Shown: in pieces, positions 20,319-27,238 of the stretch
How positions within the stretch are numbered: position 1 is the first letter of the stretch
Layout of the letters: each line of letters begins with the position of its first letter
Source: Clostridia bacterium
GTDB lineage: Bacteria > Bacillota > Clostridia > Oscillospirales > CAG-272
Direction of reading: 5' to 3'
Length of the DNA: 64,000 nucleotides
Assembly (NCBI GenBank): GCA_017450965.1
Contig: JAFSSQ010000023.1
Coordinates: 30,074 to 94,073 of the forward strand
Notes under the pieces: model-generated
What the model was told of the DNA's origin: nothing
Seen by the model: the letters and a program-made list of their open reading frames with translations, nothing else
Database searches by the model: none
Program-made: the position numbers and the translations under genes

Positions 20319-20957
20319 ATGAATCTGATTTTGCTTGGAGCTCCCGGTGCGGGCAAAGGTACCCAATCCGCGAAGATCTCGGAAAAATTTCAAATTCCTG
20401 CCATCGCGACCGGAGATATTCTCCGGTCCGCGATGAAAGCGGGCACCACTCTCGGCCTTGAGGCAAAAGCCTACATCGACGAGGGCAAGCTGGTTCCGGA
20501 CGCAGTCGTGATCGGAATCATCAAAGAGTATCTTGCATCCGACGCCTGCAAAAAAGGCTTTATCCTCGACGGTTTTCCCCGCTCGATCCCCCAGGCAGAA
20601 GCTCTGGACGAGATGGGCGTAAAAATCGACGTGGTGCTGAGCATTGAAGTGCCGGATGAAAAGATCGTGGCTCGCATGAGCGGGCGCAGAGTTTGCTCCT
20701 GCGGCGCATCCTACCACGTGGAGCACAATCCACCCAAAGTGGCAGACGTTTGTGACAACTGCGGCAGTGCTCTTTATGTAAGAGCCGACGACGCACCCGA
20801 AACCGTGAAAAAGCGTCTTTCCACCTTCCACGCGCAGACCGAACCCCTCAAAGAGTATTATGCAAAGAAGGGGATCCTTGCAACCGTTGAAGGACAGGAA
20901 AAGGTAGAGGACACAACATCCCTTGTGTTCCGTGCGCTCTCGCGTTTCGAGGCATAA
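20319..20957 (+). CDS. adk: adenylate kinase
   Basis: P-loop GAPGAGKGT and zinc-lid CSCG...CDNCG. Start moved from track ORF 20295 to ATG 20319 (GGAGG SD). Confidence 0.95.
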   Translation: MNLILLGAPGAGKGTQSAKISEKFQIPAIATGDILRSAMKAGTTLGLEAKAYIDEGKLVPDAVVIGIIKEYLASDACKKGFILDGFPRSIPQAEALDEMGVKIDVVLSIEVPDEKIVARMSGRRVCSCGASYHVEHNPPKVADVCDNCGSALYVRADDAPETVKKRLSTFHAQTEPLKEYYAKKGILATVEGQEKVEDTTSLVFRALSRFEA

Positions 20958-20959
20958 AA

Positions 20960-21721
20960 ATGATCCACTTGAAGAACGCCGCGCAGATCGCGGCGATGAA
21001 GGACGCAGGCCGGATCACAGGCGAGGCTTTGCTTGTTGCGCGTGATCTGGTCCGCCCCGGCATTACCACCTACGAGATCGACGAGGCGATCCGGCGCTAC
21101 ATTGAAAAGTGCGGCGCGACGCCGACTTTTCTCGGCTACGGTGGATTTCCTGCCAGCGCATGCGTCAGCATCAACGACGAAGTGATCCACGGGATCCCGT
21201 CAAAGACGCGCGTTTTGCAGGAAGGCGATATCGTGAAGATCGACACCGGCGCAACCTACCACGGCTATGTGGGAGATTCCGCCAGAACCATTCCGGTCGG
21301 CAAAGTCAGCGAAACGGCAATGAAACTCATTGACGTCACGCGGCAGAGCTTTTTTGCCGGTGTGGAACAAGTACAGGCAGGCAACCGCCTTGGCGATGTT
21401 GGCTCTGCCATTGACACCCTGGTCCGCAAAAACGGTTTTTCCACGGTCAAACGCTATGTTGGACACGGGATCGGAACCGATATGCACGAGGAACCCGATG
21501 TTCCGAACTACGGCACGCCCGGCAGAGGCCTCCGCCTCTCCGCAGGCATGACCATTGCGATCGAACCCATGGTCAACGTGGGAAAAGACGCGGTTCTGGA
21601 GCAAAAGGACGGGTGGACGGTGAAGACGGCCGACGGCTCTCTTTCCGCCCATTACGAAAACACGGTTGCTCTGACCAGCCAAGGGGTGTTGATCCTCACG
21701 CAAGTGGAACGAGATTTTTGA
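20960..21721 (+). CDS. map: type I methionine aminopeptidase
   Basis: 253 aa. Conserved metal-ligand context (DIVKID, GHGIG, EPM, ENT). Confidence 0.93.
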   Translation: MIHLKNAAQIAAMKDAGRITGEALLVARDLVRPGITTYEIDEAIRRYIEKCGATPTFLGYGGFPASACVSINDEVIHGIPSKTRVLQEGDIVKIDTGATYHGYVGDSARTIPVGKVSETAMKLIDVTRQSFFAGVEQVQAGNRLGDVGSAIDTLVRKNGFSTVKRYVGHGIGTDMHEEPDVPNYGTPGRGLRLSAGMTIAIEPMVNVGKDAVLEQKDGWTVKTADGSLSAHYENTVALTSQGVLILTQVERDF

Positions 21722-21789
21722 TTCTTCTTGTTTCAATTCTCAGTCAAATGAATTCACAAAACGAAAAACTGCCATAGGGAGGGATTATT

Positions 21790-22011
21790 CTGGCACAAAA
21801 GGATGATGTCATCGAGTTTGAAGGCACGGTGGTGGAGGCACTCCCCAACGCATGCTTCAAAGTCAAATTGCCGAATGGTCACATGGTGACAGCTCATATA
21901 TCCGGCAAACTTCGAATGAACTACATTAAGATTCTGCCCGGCGATCGCGTGACCATCGAGGTCTCGGTCTATGACCTGACCAAGGGCCGCATTACCTGGC
22001 GGGCAAAATAA
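21790..22011 (+). CDS. infA: translation initiation factor IF-1 (non-AUG start: CTG 21790 or ATT 21787)
   Basis: Conserved IF-1 N-terminus [20 protein letters not shown] lies upstream of the track start (GTG 21829). In-frame TAG at 21775 leaves only ATT/ATT/CTG as possible starts. GGAGG at 21778-21782. Confidence 0.85.
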   Translation: MAQKDDVIEFEGTVVEALPNACFKVKLPNGHMVTAHISGKLRMNYIKILPGDRVTIEVSVYDLTKGRITWRAK

Positions 22012-22052
22012 GCAGCATTCAAATTACAGCAAGAAAGGTATGGTAGAACACA

Positions 22053-22166
22053 ATGAAAGTCAAACCATCCGTGAAAAAGATCTGCGAGAAATGCAAGATC
22101 ATCAAGCGTAAAGGCAAAATCATGGTCATCTGCGAAAACCCCAAGCACAAGCAGAGACAAGGTTAA
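22053..22166 (+). CDS. rpmJ: 50S ribosomal protein L36 (bL36)
   Basis: Hand-translated as [37 protein letters not shown] (37 aa, zinc-ribbon CxxC...C..H). Too short for the ORF track. Confidence 0.95.
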   Translation: MKVKPSVKKICEKCKIIKRKGKIMVICENPKHKQRQG

Positions 22167-22208
22167 GCAGATTATCCTGCAAAATCAACAGAAAGGTGAT
22201 AAAACAGA

Positions 22209-22577
22209 ATGGCTCGTATAGCTGGTGTTGACATTCCCAACAACAAACGTGTGGAAATCGCCCTGACCTATATCTATGGCATCGGGCGCAAAAGTGCAAA
22301 CGATATCCTTGCGGCTACCGGCATCAATCCGGATACCCGCGCAAAGGATCTGACCGAAGCAGAAGTTGCCAAACTCCGTGACGAGATCGAACGCTCCCAC
22401 ACTGTGGAAGGCGACCTGCGCCGCGACGTGGCGATGAATATCAAGAGAATGGTAGAAATCAACTGCTACCGTGGTATTCGCCACAGAAAAGGCCTGCCGG
22501 TAAGAGGGCAGAGAACCAAAACCAATGCAAGAACCCGCAAAGGTCCCGCAAAGACCATTGCGAACAAGAAGAAGTAA
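22209..22577 (+). CDS. rpsM: 30S ribosomal protein S13 (uS13)
   Basis: [11 protein letters not shown]-terminus. Confidence 0.96.
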   Translation: MARIAGVDIPNNKRVEIALTYIYGIGRKSANDILAATGINPDTRAKDLTEAEVAKLRDEIERSHTVEGDLRRDVAMNIKRMVEINCYRGIRHRKGLPVRGQRTKTNARTRKGPAKTIANKKK

Positions 22578-22592
22578 AGGAGTGGCATAGCG

Positions 22593-22991
22593 ATGGCAAA
22601 AGTTACAGCAAAAAAAGTTGTAAAAAAACGTCGTGAGAAAAAGAATATTGAGAAGGGCGCCGTGCACATTCAGGCAACCTTCAACAACACGATCGTGACG
22701 ATCTCCGACGTCTACGGCAATACCATTTCCTGGGCTTCCGCAGGAGAACTGGGCTTCAAAGGCTCCAGAAAATCGACTCCGTTTGCCGCACAGTCGGCAT
22801 CCGAGACCGCAGGTCGACTTGCCGTTGACCAGGGCCTGAAGTCGGTTGAAGTGTACGTCAAAGGACCCGGCTCCGGACGTGAATCTGCAATCCGTGCGCT
22901 CGAGACGGTTGGACTCCAGATCACCATGATCAAGGACGTTACCCCGGTTCCGCACAACGGCTGCAGACCGCCCAAACGCAGACGCGTTTAA
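22593..22991 (+). CDS. rpsK: 30S ribosomal protein S11 (uS11)
   Basis: [16 protein letters not shown]..., [13 protein letters not shown]-terminus. Confidence 0.96.
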   Translation: MAKVTAKKVVKKRREKKNIEKGAVHIQATFNNTIVTISDVYGNTISWASAGELGFKGSRKSTPFAAQSASETAGRLAVDQGLKSVEVYVKGPGSGRESAIRALETVGLQITMIKDVTPVPHNGCRPPKRRRV

Positions 22992-23015
22992 TTATTCTTG
23001 GAGGTATCATAAGTT

Positions 23016-23642
23016 ATGGCAAGATATACTGGACCTGTATGCAGACTTTGCCGCAGAGAGGGCACCAAGCTCTTTCTTAAGGGCGACCGCTGCACCACCG
23101 GTAAATGCGCGCTTGACCGCAGAAGCACTGCTCCCGGTCAGCATGGCGCTGCAAACAAGAAAATGAGAGAATACGGAATGCAGTTGCGCGAAAAGCAGAA
23201 GACCAGAAGATACTACGGTGTCCTCGAGCGCCAGTTCGTCAACTACTTTGAAGAAGCCGACCGCAAAGAAGGCATGACCGGTGAAAACCTGATTTGCCTC
23301 TTGGAGCGTCGCCTTGACAATGTGGTTTACAGAATGGGCTTTGCTTCTTCCCACAAGGAAGCTCGCCAACTCGTTCTGCACGGTCACTTCACCGTGAACG
23401 GCAAAAAGGTCAACATTCCTTCCTTCATCGTGAAGGCAGGCGACGTTGTTGCCGTGAAGGATAGCAGCAAAGAGTCTCCCAAATTCAAGGGACTTGCCGA
23501 AGCTGCCGACGGTATGACCGCTCCCAAGTGGCTGGAAGTCAATGCCGAAGGAATGACCGCAAAGGTCGTTGCTCTTCCCGAGAGAGAAGACGTCAACTTC
23601 GACTTCAACGAACAGCTCATCGTCGAACTTTATTCCAAGTAA
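23016..23642 (+). CDS. rpsD: 30S ribosomal protein S4 (uS4)
   Basis: [16 protein letters not shown]...KGDRC N-terminal zinc-type motif. Confidence 0.96.
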   Translation: MARYTGPVCRLCRREGTKLFLKGDRCTTGKCALDRRSTAPGQHGAANKKMREYGMQLREKQKTRRYYGVLERQFVNYFEEADRKEGMTGENLICLLERRLDNVVYRMGFASSHKEARQLVLHGHFTVNGKKVNIPSFIVKAGDVVAVKDSSKESPKFKGLAEAADGMTAPKWLEVNAEGMTAKVVALPEREDVNFDFNEQLIVELYSK

Positions 23643-23738
23643 TTTGCAAGATCTTGGGCATTGTTCGAGCAAGAGGTTCGTCATTGCCCTTCTCGCCCCA
23701 CCCTGAATCGGATTTGAATATTAGGAGGTTTATTTGGA

Positions 23739-24713
23739 ATGATTGAGATTGAAAAGCCGAATATTTCTACTGTAGATTTGAGCGAGGACGGTTCCCACGG
23801 TACCTTTATCGTGGAGCCTCTGGAGCGTGGCTACGGCATCACCCTCGGCAACTCTCTGCGCAGAGTTCTGCTTAGCTCTTTGCCCGGCGTTGCCGTGAAC
23901 AGCATTAAGATTGACGGCGTTCTCCATGAATTTTCCACCATCCCCGGCGTGACCGAGGATGTTACCGAGATCGTGCTCAACGTCAAAGGCATCACCGCAA
24001 GACTGCACTGCGCAGGCCCCAAGACGGTGGTCATTGACGTGACCGGCGAAAGAGATGTGACTGCGGGAGACATCAAGCAGGATTCGGATATCGAAATCCT
24101 CAACCCCGAGCATCACATTGCTACCGTCGGAGAAGGCGAACGCTTCTACATGGAGCTTACCTTTGCCGCAGGCCGCGGATACGTTTCTCAGGAGCGCAAC
24201 AAACAGCTCCATACGCAGATCCTCGGCAGCGCGACCACGGCTCCCATCGGAACCATCTACACCGACTCGATCTACACGCCTGTCTACAACGTGAACTACA
24301 CGGTAGACAATACTCGTGTCGGCAACATTACCGACTACGATAAATTGACCCTTGAGATCCTCACCAACGGAACCATTTCCGCAAAAGAGGCCATTTCTCT
24401 GGGCGCCAAGATTCTCAACGAGCATCTCAACTTGTTCGTCGAACTCTCCGAAGAGGCGATCAAGGCTGACATCATGGTCGAAAGAGAAGAAACCATCAAA
24501 GAAAAGGTCCTTGAGATGACCATTGAGGAACTTGACCTGTCCGTGCGCAGCTTCAACTGCCTCAAACGGGCAAGCATCGATACGGTTGAAGATCTCGTCA
24601 ACCGTACCGAGGAGGATATGATCAAAGTCCGTAACCTCGGTAAAAAATCGCTGGAGGAAGTCATCCAGAAACTCCACTCGCTTGGGCTTGAACTCAAGAA
24701 AGAGGAAGAGTAA
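23739..24713 (+). CDS. rpoA: DNA-directed RNA polymerase subunit alpha
   Basis: 324 aa, LERGYG.TLGN.LRR.LLSS motif, C-terminal HhH domain ([14 protein letters not shown]). Confidence 0.96.
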   Translation: MIEIEKPNISTVDLSEDGSHGTFIVEPLERGYGITLGNSLRRVLLSSLPGVAVNSIKIDGVLHEFSTIPGVTEDVTEIVLNVKGITARLHCAGPKTVVIDVTGERDVTAGDIKQDSDIEILNPEHHIATVGEGERFYMELTFAAGRGYVSQERNKQLHTQILGSATTAPIGTIYTDSIYTPVYNVNYTVDNTRVGNITDYDKLTLEILTNGTISAKEAISLGAKILNEHLNLFVELSEEAIKADIMVEREETIKEKVLEMTIEELDLSVRSFNCLKRASIDTVEDLVNRTEEDMIKVRNLGKKSLEEVIQKLHSLGLELKKEEE

Positions 24714-24755
24714 AAACGGGATCCAAGTTAATTTACAGCACAAGGAGGGACTATC

Positions 24756-25256
24756 ATGCCCAGAAACAGAAAACTCGGCAGACCCACCGCGCACCGCAAT
24801 GCGATGCTCCGCGGCATGGTCACCCTGTTGCTTGAGAACGGACAGATCAAAACCACGCTCACCAGAGCCAAGGAAGTTCGTTCCATGACCGAAAAAATGA
24901 TTACGCTCGGCAAGAAAAACACCCTTGCCAGCCGTCGTGCAGCCCTTGCCTATATTACCAAAGAGGACGTTGTGACCAAACTGTTCTCCGAGATCGCTCC
25001 CCGCTATGCTACCCGTCAGGGCGGCTACACCCAGATCTTCAAACTGGGCGCACGCAGAGGAGACGCCGCTGAAATGGCGCTGGTAAAGCTCCTCACCGAG
25101 GAGACGGCAGAGGAAAAGAAGCCTGCCGCAAAGAAGGCTCCTGCCAAGAAAAAGGTTGAGAGCGCTCCCGCAGAGGAAGCTCCCAAAAAGCCGGCAACCA
25201 GAAAAAAGAAAGTTGAAGCTCCCGTAGCCGAAGCACCGGCCGAGGAGAACGCCTGA
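24756..25256 (+). CDS. rplQ: 50S ribosomal protein L17 (bL17) with Ala/Lys/Glu/Pro-rich C-terminal extension
   Basis: [15 protein letters not shown] motif. 166 aa, with a tail of about 54 aa. Confidence 0.95.
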   Translation: MPRNRKLGRPTAHRNAMLRGMVTLLLENGQIKTTLTRAKEVRSMTEKMITLGKKNTLASRRAALAYITKEDVVTKLFSEIAPRYATRQGGYTQIFKLGARRGDAAEMALVKLLTEETAEEKKPAAKKAPAKKKVESAPAEEAPKKPATRKKKVEAPVAEAPAEENA

Positions 25257-25271
25257 TTTTTCCGGCAAAAA

Positions 25272-25312
25272 AGAACCGAGGGAATCCAACCGATTCTCTC
25301 GGCTCTTTTTGT
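25272..25312 (+). terminator. Rho-independent terminator of the ribosomal superoperon
   Basis: Imperfect stem of about 14 bp, AGAACCGAGGGAAT / ATTCTCTCGGCTCT, followed by TTTTT. Confidence 0.65.
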
Positions 25313-25329
25313 ATCACAAAAGTCCAACC

Positions 25330-25555
25330 GATCGTTGCATGGCAGAAAAAGTATATATCGGCGCAAAAAGCATGGAAAGGCGATTGTAGGAAAGGCTCCC
25401 TCCGGGAGGGAGCTGTCGCCGAATGGCGACTGAAGGAGCACGCGCAACAAATAGAATTTGTGCAAACTTAAAAGTCGCGCAGGCTTCTTCCGTCATTTTC
25501 CGGAGAAAAATGACACCTCCCTCTCGGAGGGAAGCTAAAAAGCACTTTTGCAAAA
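25330..25555. repeat. cluster of short GC-rich hairpins (REP-like intergenic element, unclassified)
   Basis: Hairpins GCTCCCTCC/GGAGGGAGC (25395-25413), GTCGCC/GGCGAC (25415-25430), GTCATTTTC/GAAAAATGAC (25492-25515), TCCCTC/GAGGGA (25518-25532). Confidence 0.35.
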
Positions 25556-25559
25556 GCTC

Positions 25560-25588
25560 TTGCAGTTTTATGAGAACTATGCTAAAAT
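25560..25588 (+). promoter_or_regulatory. sigma-A type promoter of the zinc-ribbon/L12-CTD gene
   Basis: TTGCAG - 17 nt - TAAAAT with TGc extended -10. Confidence 0.45.
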
Positions 25589-25630
25589 AAAATATATAAA
25601 GCTACAATAGTAGGATTGGAGAACGCAAAT

Positions 25631-26128
25631 ATGGCTTTGATTATTTGCCCGGAATGTGGAAAAGAAGTTTCTGATAAGGCTGCTGCGTGTATTCATTGTG
25701 GGTTTCCTTTTGAAAAGGGCGATTCAAAATCCACAACGCCGCTTTCATATAAAGTGACGATTCCAACTTGCAGAGATAATAAGTTGGCAGCGGTCAAAAT
25801 TGTTTGTGATGTAACCGGCTTGAGTTTGGTTGACGCGAAGAATCTTGTCGAGAGTCCTTCCCCCGTTATTGTAAAGGATACGACTCTCGATCGAGCAAAA
25901 GAGATCGCAGATCGCTTTTTGAAGGCACGCATTGATGCCCAAATCGTTGATTCAAACGGAACCGTTCTTGCGGAGGATGCTCAAAAAGCGGTTCGTTGCC
26001 AAAATTGTGGCGCAACTTCCATTGCGACCCTTGCAAGAGGATATTCTGCTCTCTGGGGCTTTTTAGGGAGCGGAACGCCCGTGAATGTTTGCCAATCATG
26101 TGGGTATAAGTTCAAGCCCGGAACATAA
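25631..26128 (+). CDS. zinc-ribbon / ribosomal L7-L12 C-terminal-domain-like / zinc-ribbon protein
   Basis: N-terminal CPECG..x..CIHCG. The central segment [29 protein letters not shown] aligns with the L7/L12 CTD core. C-terminal CQNCG...CQSCG. ATG 25631 preferred over TTG 25616 (GGAG SD). Confidence 0.7.
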   Translation: MALIICPECGKEVSDKAAACIHCGFPFEKGDSKSTTPLSYKVTIPTCRDNKLAAVKIVCDVTGLSLVDAKNLVESPSPVIVKDTTLDRAKEIADRFLKARIDAQIVDSNGTVLAEDAQKAVRCQNCGATSIATLARGYSALWGFLGSGTPVNVCQSCGYKFKPGT

Positions 26129-26167
26129 ATATCAAGCTTTGAAAACAAGTAAAAAGGGAAGTGCATA

Positions 26168-26692
26168 ATGAAAGTTTTAATTGCCTACGCAGGCGTGACA
26201 GGCACGACCGAGGAGTGCGTGCGCCGTCTTGCGGCAGAGCTCTCCAATCTGGATGTCACCGTAACCGATCTTGCAAAAGAGACGCCGGAGCTTTCCTCCT
26301 ACGATCTTGTTCTTGTCGGCGGGTGCGTGCGCCGCGGCAAATTATATGCACCCCTGCGCAGCTTTTTTGAAGAGCAGGGAAGGGATCTTCTCGATCGCCC
26401 GCTCGGGCTTTTCCTCGTTTGCGGCCTGGCCCACGAGTACGAATACTACTTTGAACGTCTTTTGCCCAAAGACCTGCGCGAGCATGCTTTTGCAACCCTC
26501 TACTTTGGCGGAGACCTGCACCCGAAACAGGCGGGGCTTTGGGATAAACTTTATCTGTATTCCATGCGTTCAAGGCTCCGCGAGAGCGAACTCTCCGACT
26601 TTGAATATACCCCCACGCTTCCCGGCATCCTGCCCGAATCTATCGAGAAAATGGCCTTCCTTTGCAAGCAGGCCTTGGATGCCAAAAAATAA
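26168..26692 (+). CDS. flavodoxin-domain protein (HemG/flavodoxin-like)
   Basis: MKVLIAYAGVTGTTEE N-terminal flavodoxin signature, 174 aa. Confidence 0.65.
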   Translation: MKVLIAYAGVTGTTEECVRRLAAELSNLDVTVTDLAKETPELSSYDLVLVGGCVRRGKLYAPLRSFFEEQGRDLLDRPLGLFLVCGLAHEYEYYFERLLPKDLREHAFATLYFGGDLHPKQAGLWDKLYLYSMRSRLRESELSDFEYTPTLPGILPESIEKMAFLCKQALDAKK

Positions 26693-26735
26693 AAAGCATC
26701 CAGCATAATTTTGTAAAATAAAAATGTAAAAAAGG

Positions 26736-26764
26736 TTGACAAGACCGCTTCTTTATGCTATACT
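26736..26764 (+). promoter_or_regulatory. strong sigma-A promoter of tRNA-Lys
   Basis: TTGACA - 17 nt - TATACT with TGc extended -10, 20 nt upstream of the tRNA 5' end. Confidence 0.65.
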
Positions 26765-26783
26765 ATTCGGGTAGCGCAAAAGC

Positions 26784-26859
26784 GACCCACTAGCTCAGGC
26801 GGTAGAGCACTTGACTTTTAATCAAGGTGTCCGGGGTTCGATTCCCCGGTGGGTCACCA
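26784..26859 (+). tRNA. tRNA-Lys (anticodon UUU), CCA encoded
   Basis: Hand-folded cloverleaf. Acceptor GACCCAC/GTGGGTC, D stem GCTC/GAGC, anticodon stem CTTGA/TCAAG with loop CTTTTAA, T arm CGGGG-TTCGATT-CCCCG. Confidence 0.95.
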
Positions 26860-26865
26860 ACAAAA

Positions 26866-26897
26866 AGGCACATCCTTCATGGGTGTGCCTTTTTGTT
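26866..26897 (+). terminator. Rho-independent terminator after tRNA-Lys
   Basis: 10-bp stem AGGCACATCC / GGGTGTGCCT (one G-U), loop TTCAT, then TTTTGTTG. Confidence 0.65.
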
Positions 26898-27014
26898 GTA
26901 ACCGGGAGAATCGAACCTCCGCCCAAAACGGAGAACAGAGCGAAAACGATGGATAAGGCCACAGACCGTTTTGGATGGGGTTCGGAACATTCAAGTTGCC
27001 GGTGGCAACTTGAA

Positions 27015-27038
27015 ATTCCCCGGTGGGTCACCAACAAA
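27015..27038 (+). repeat. exact 24-nt direct repeat of the tRNA-Lys 3' end (att-like)
   Basis: ATTCCCCGGTGGGTCACCAACAAA at 26841-26864 and 27015-27038. Confidence 0.85.
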
Positions 27039-27084
27039 TAGGGCGTGTCCGACAGGGCGCGCCCTATTTGTTTGGTGACCCACC
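27022..27084. repeat. 24-bp inverted repeat (long hairpin) built on the duplicated tRNA 3' end
   Basis: Left arm GGTGGGTCACCAACAAATAGGGCG (27022-27045). The right arm 27060-27084 is its complement with one bulged T. 14-nt loop. Confidence 0.8.
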
Positions 27085-27163
27085 CCGAGCCGAACCCGAT
27101 CCCCACAAGTGGGGATCGGAAAATGCGCTTGCGCATTTTCTCGACATTTCCGATGGGCCAAGC

Positions 27164-27202
27164 AAAACAAATCCGAACTTTCGAGTCCGGATTTGTTTTT
27201 TT
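27164..27202. terminator. Bidirectional terminator downstream of the 1145-aa gene
   Basis: 12-bp stem AAAACAAATCCG / CGGATTTGTTTT with T-runs on both strands. 37 nt past the stop at 27239. Confidence 0.65.
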
Positions 27203-27238
27203 GTGTCCCAATTGTCTTTGATCGTTTGATTTGACGAT

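Noticed and set aside
21829-22011. GTG 21829 as the infA start (track ORF)
   Set aside because: It would remove 13 residues of the conserved IF-1 N-terminus, which are encoded in frame immediately upstream behind a GGAGG.
25314-25553. 79-aa minus-strand ORF in the hairpin cluster, and the 139-aa ORF at 52479-52898
   Set aside because: They are translations of palindromic intergenic repeats, with no SD. The second one runs antisense into the CaCA gene.
26897-26990. A second (minus-strand) tRNA suggested by GGAGAATCGAACCTCC
   Set aside because: The T-stem has an A-C mismatch, and no matching acceptor 5' strand, D-arm or anticodon arm could be folded. It is most likely a degenerate tRNA fragment.
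26811-27229. Small ORFs overlapping the tRNA and hairpin region (26811-27041 +, 26822-27211 -, 27023-27229 +)
   Set aside because: They overlap a bona fide tRNA and terminator hairpins and have no SD. They are artefacts of palindromic sequence.
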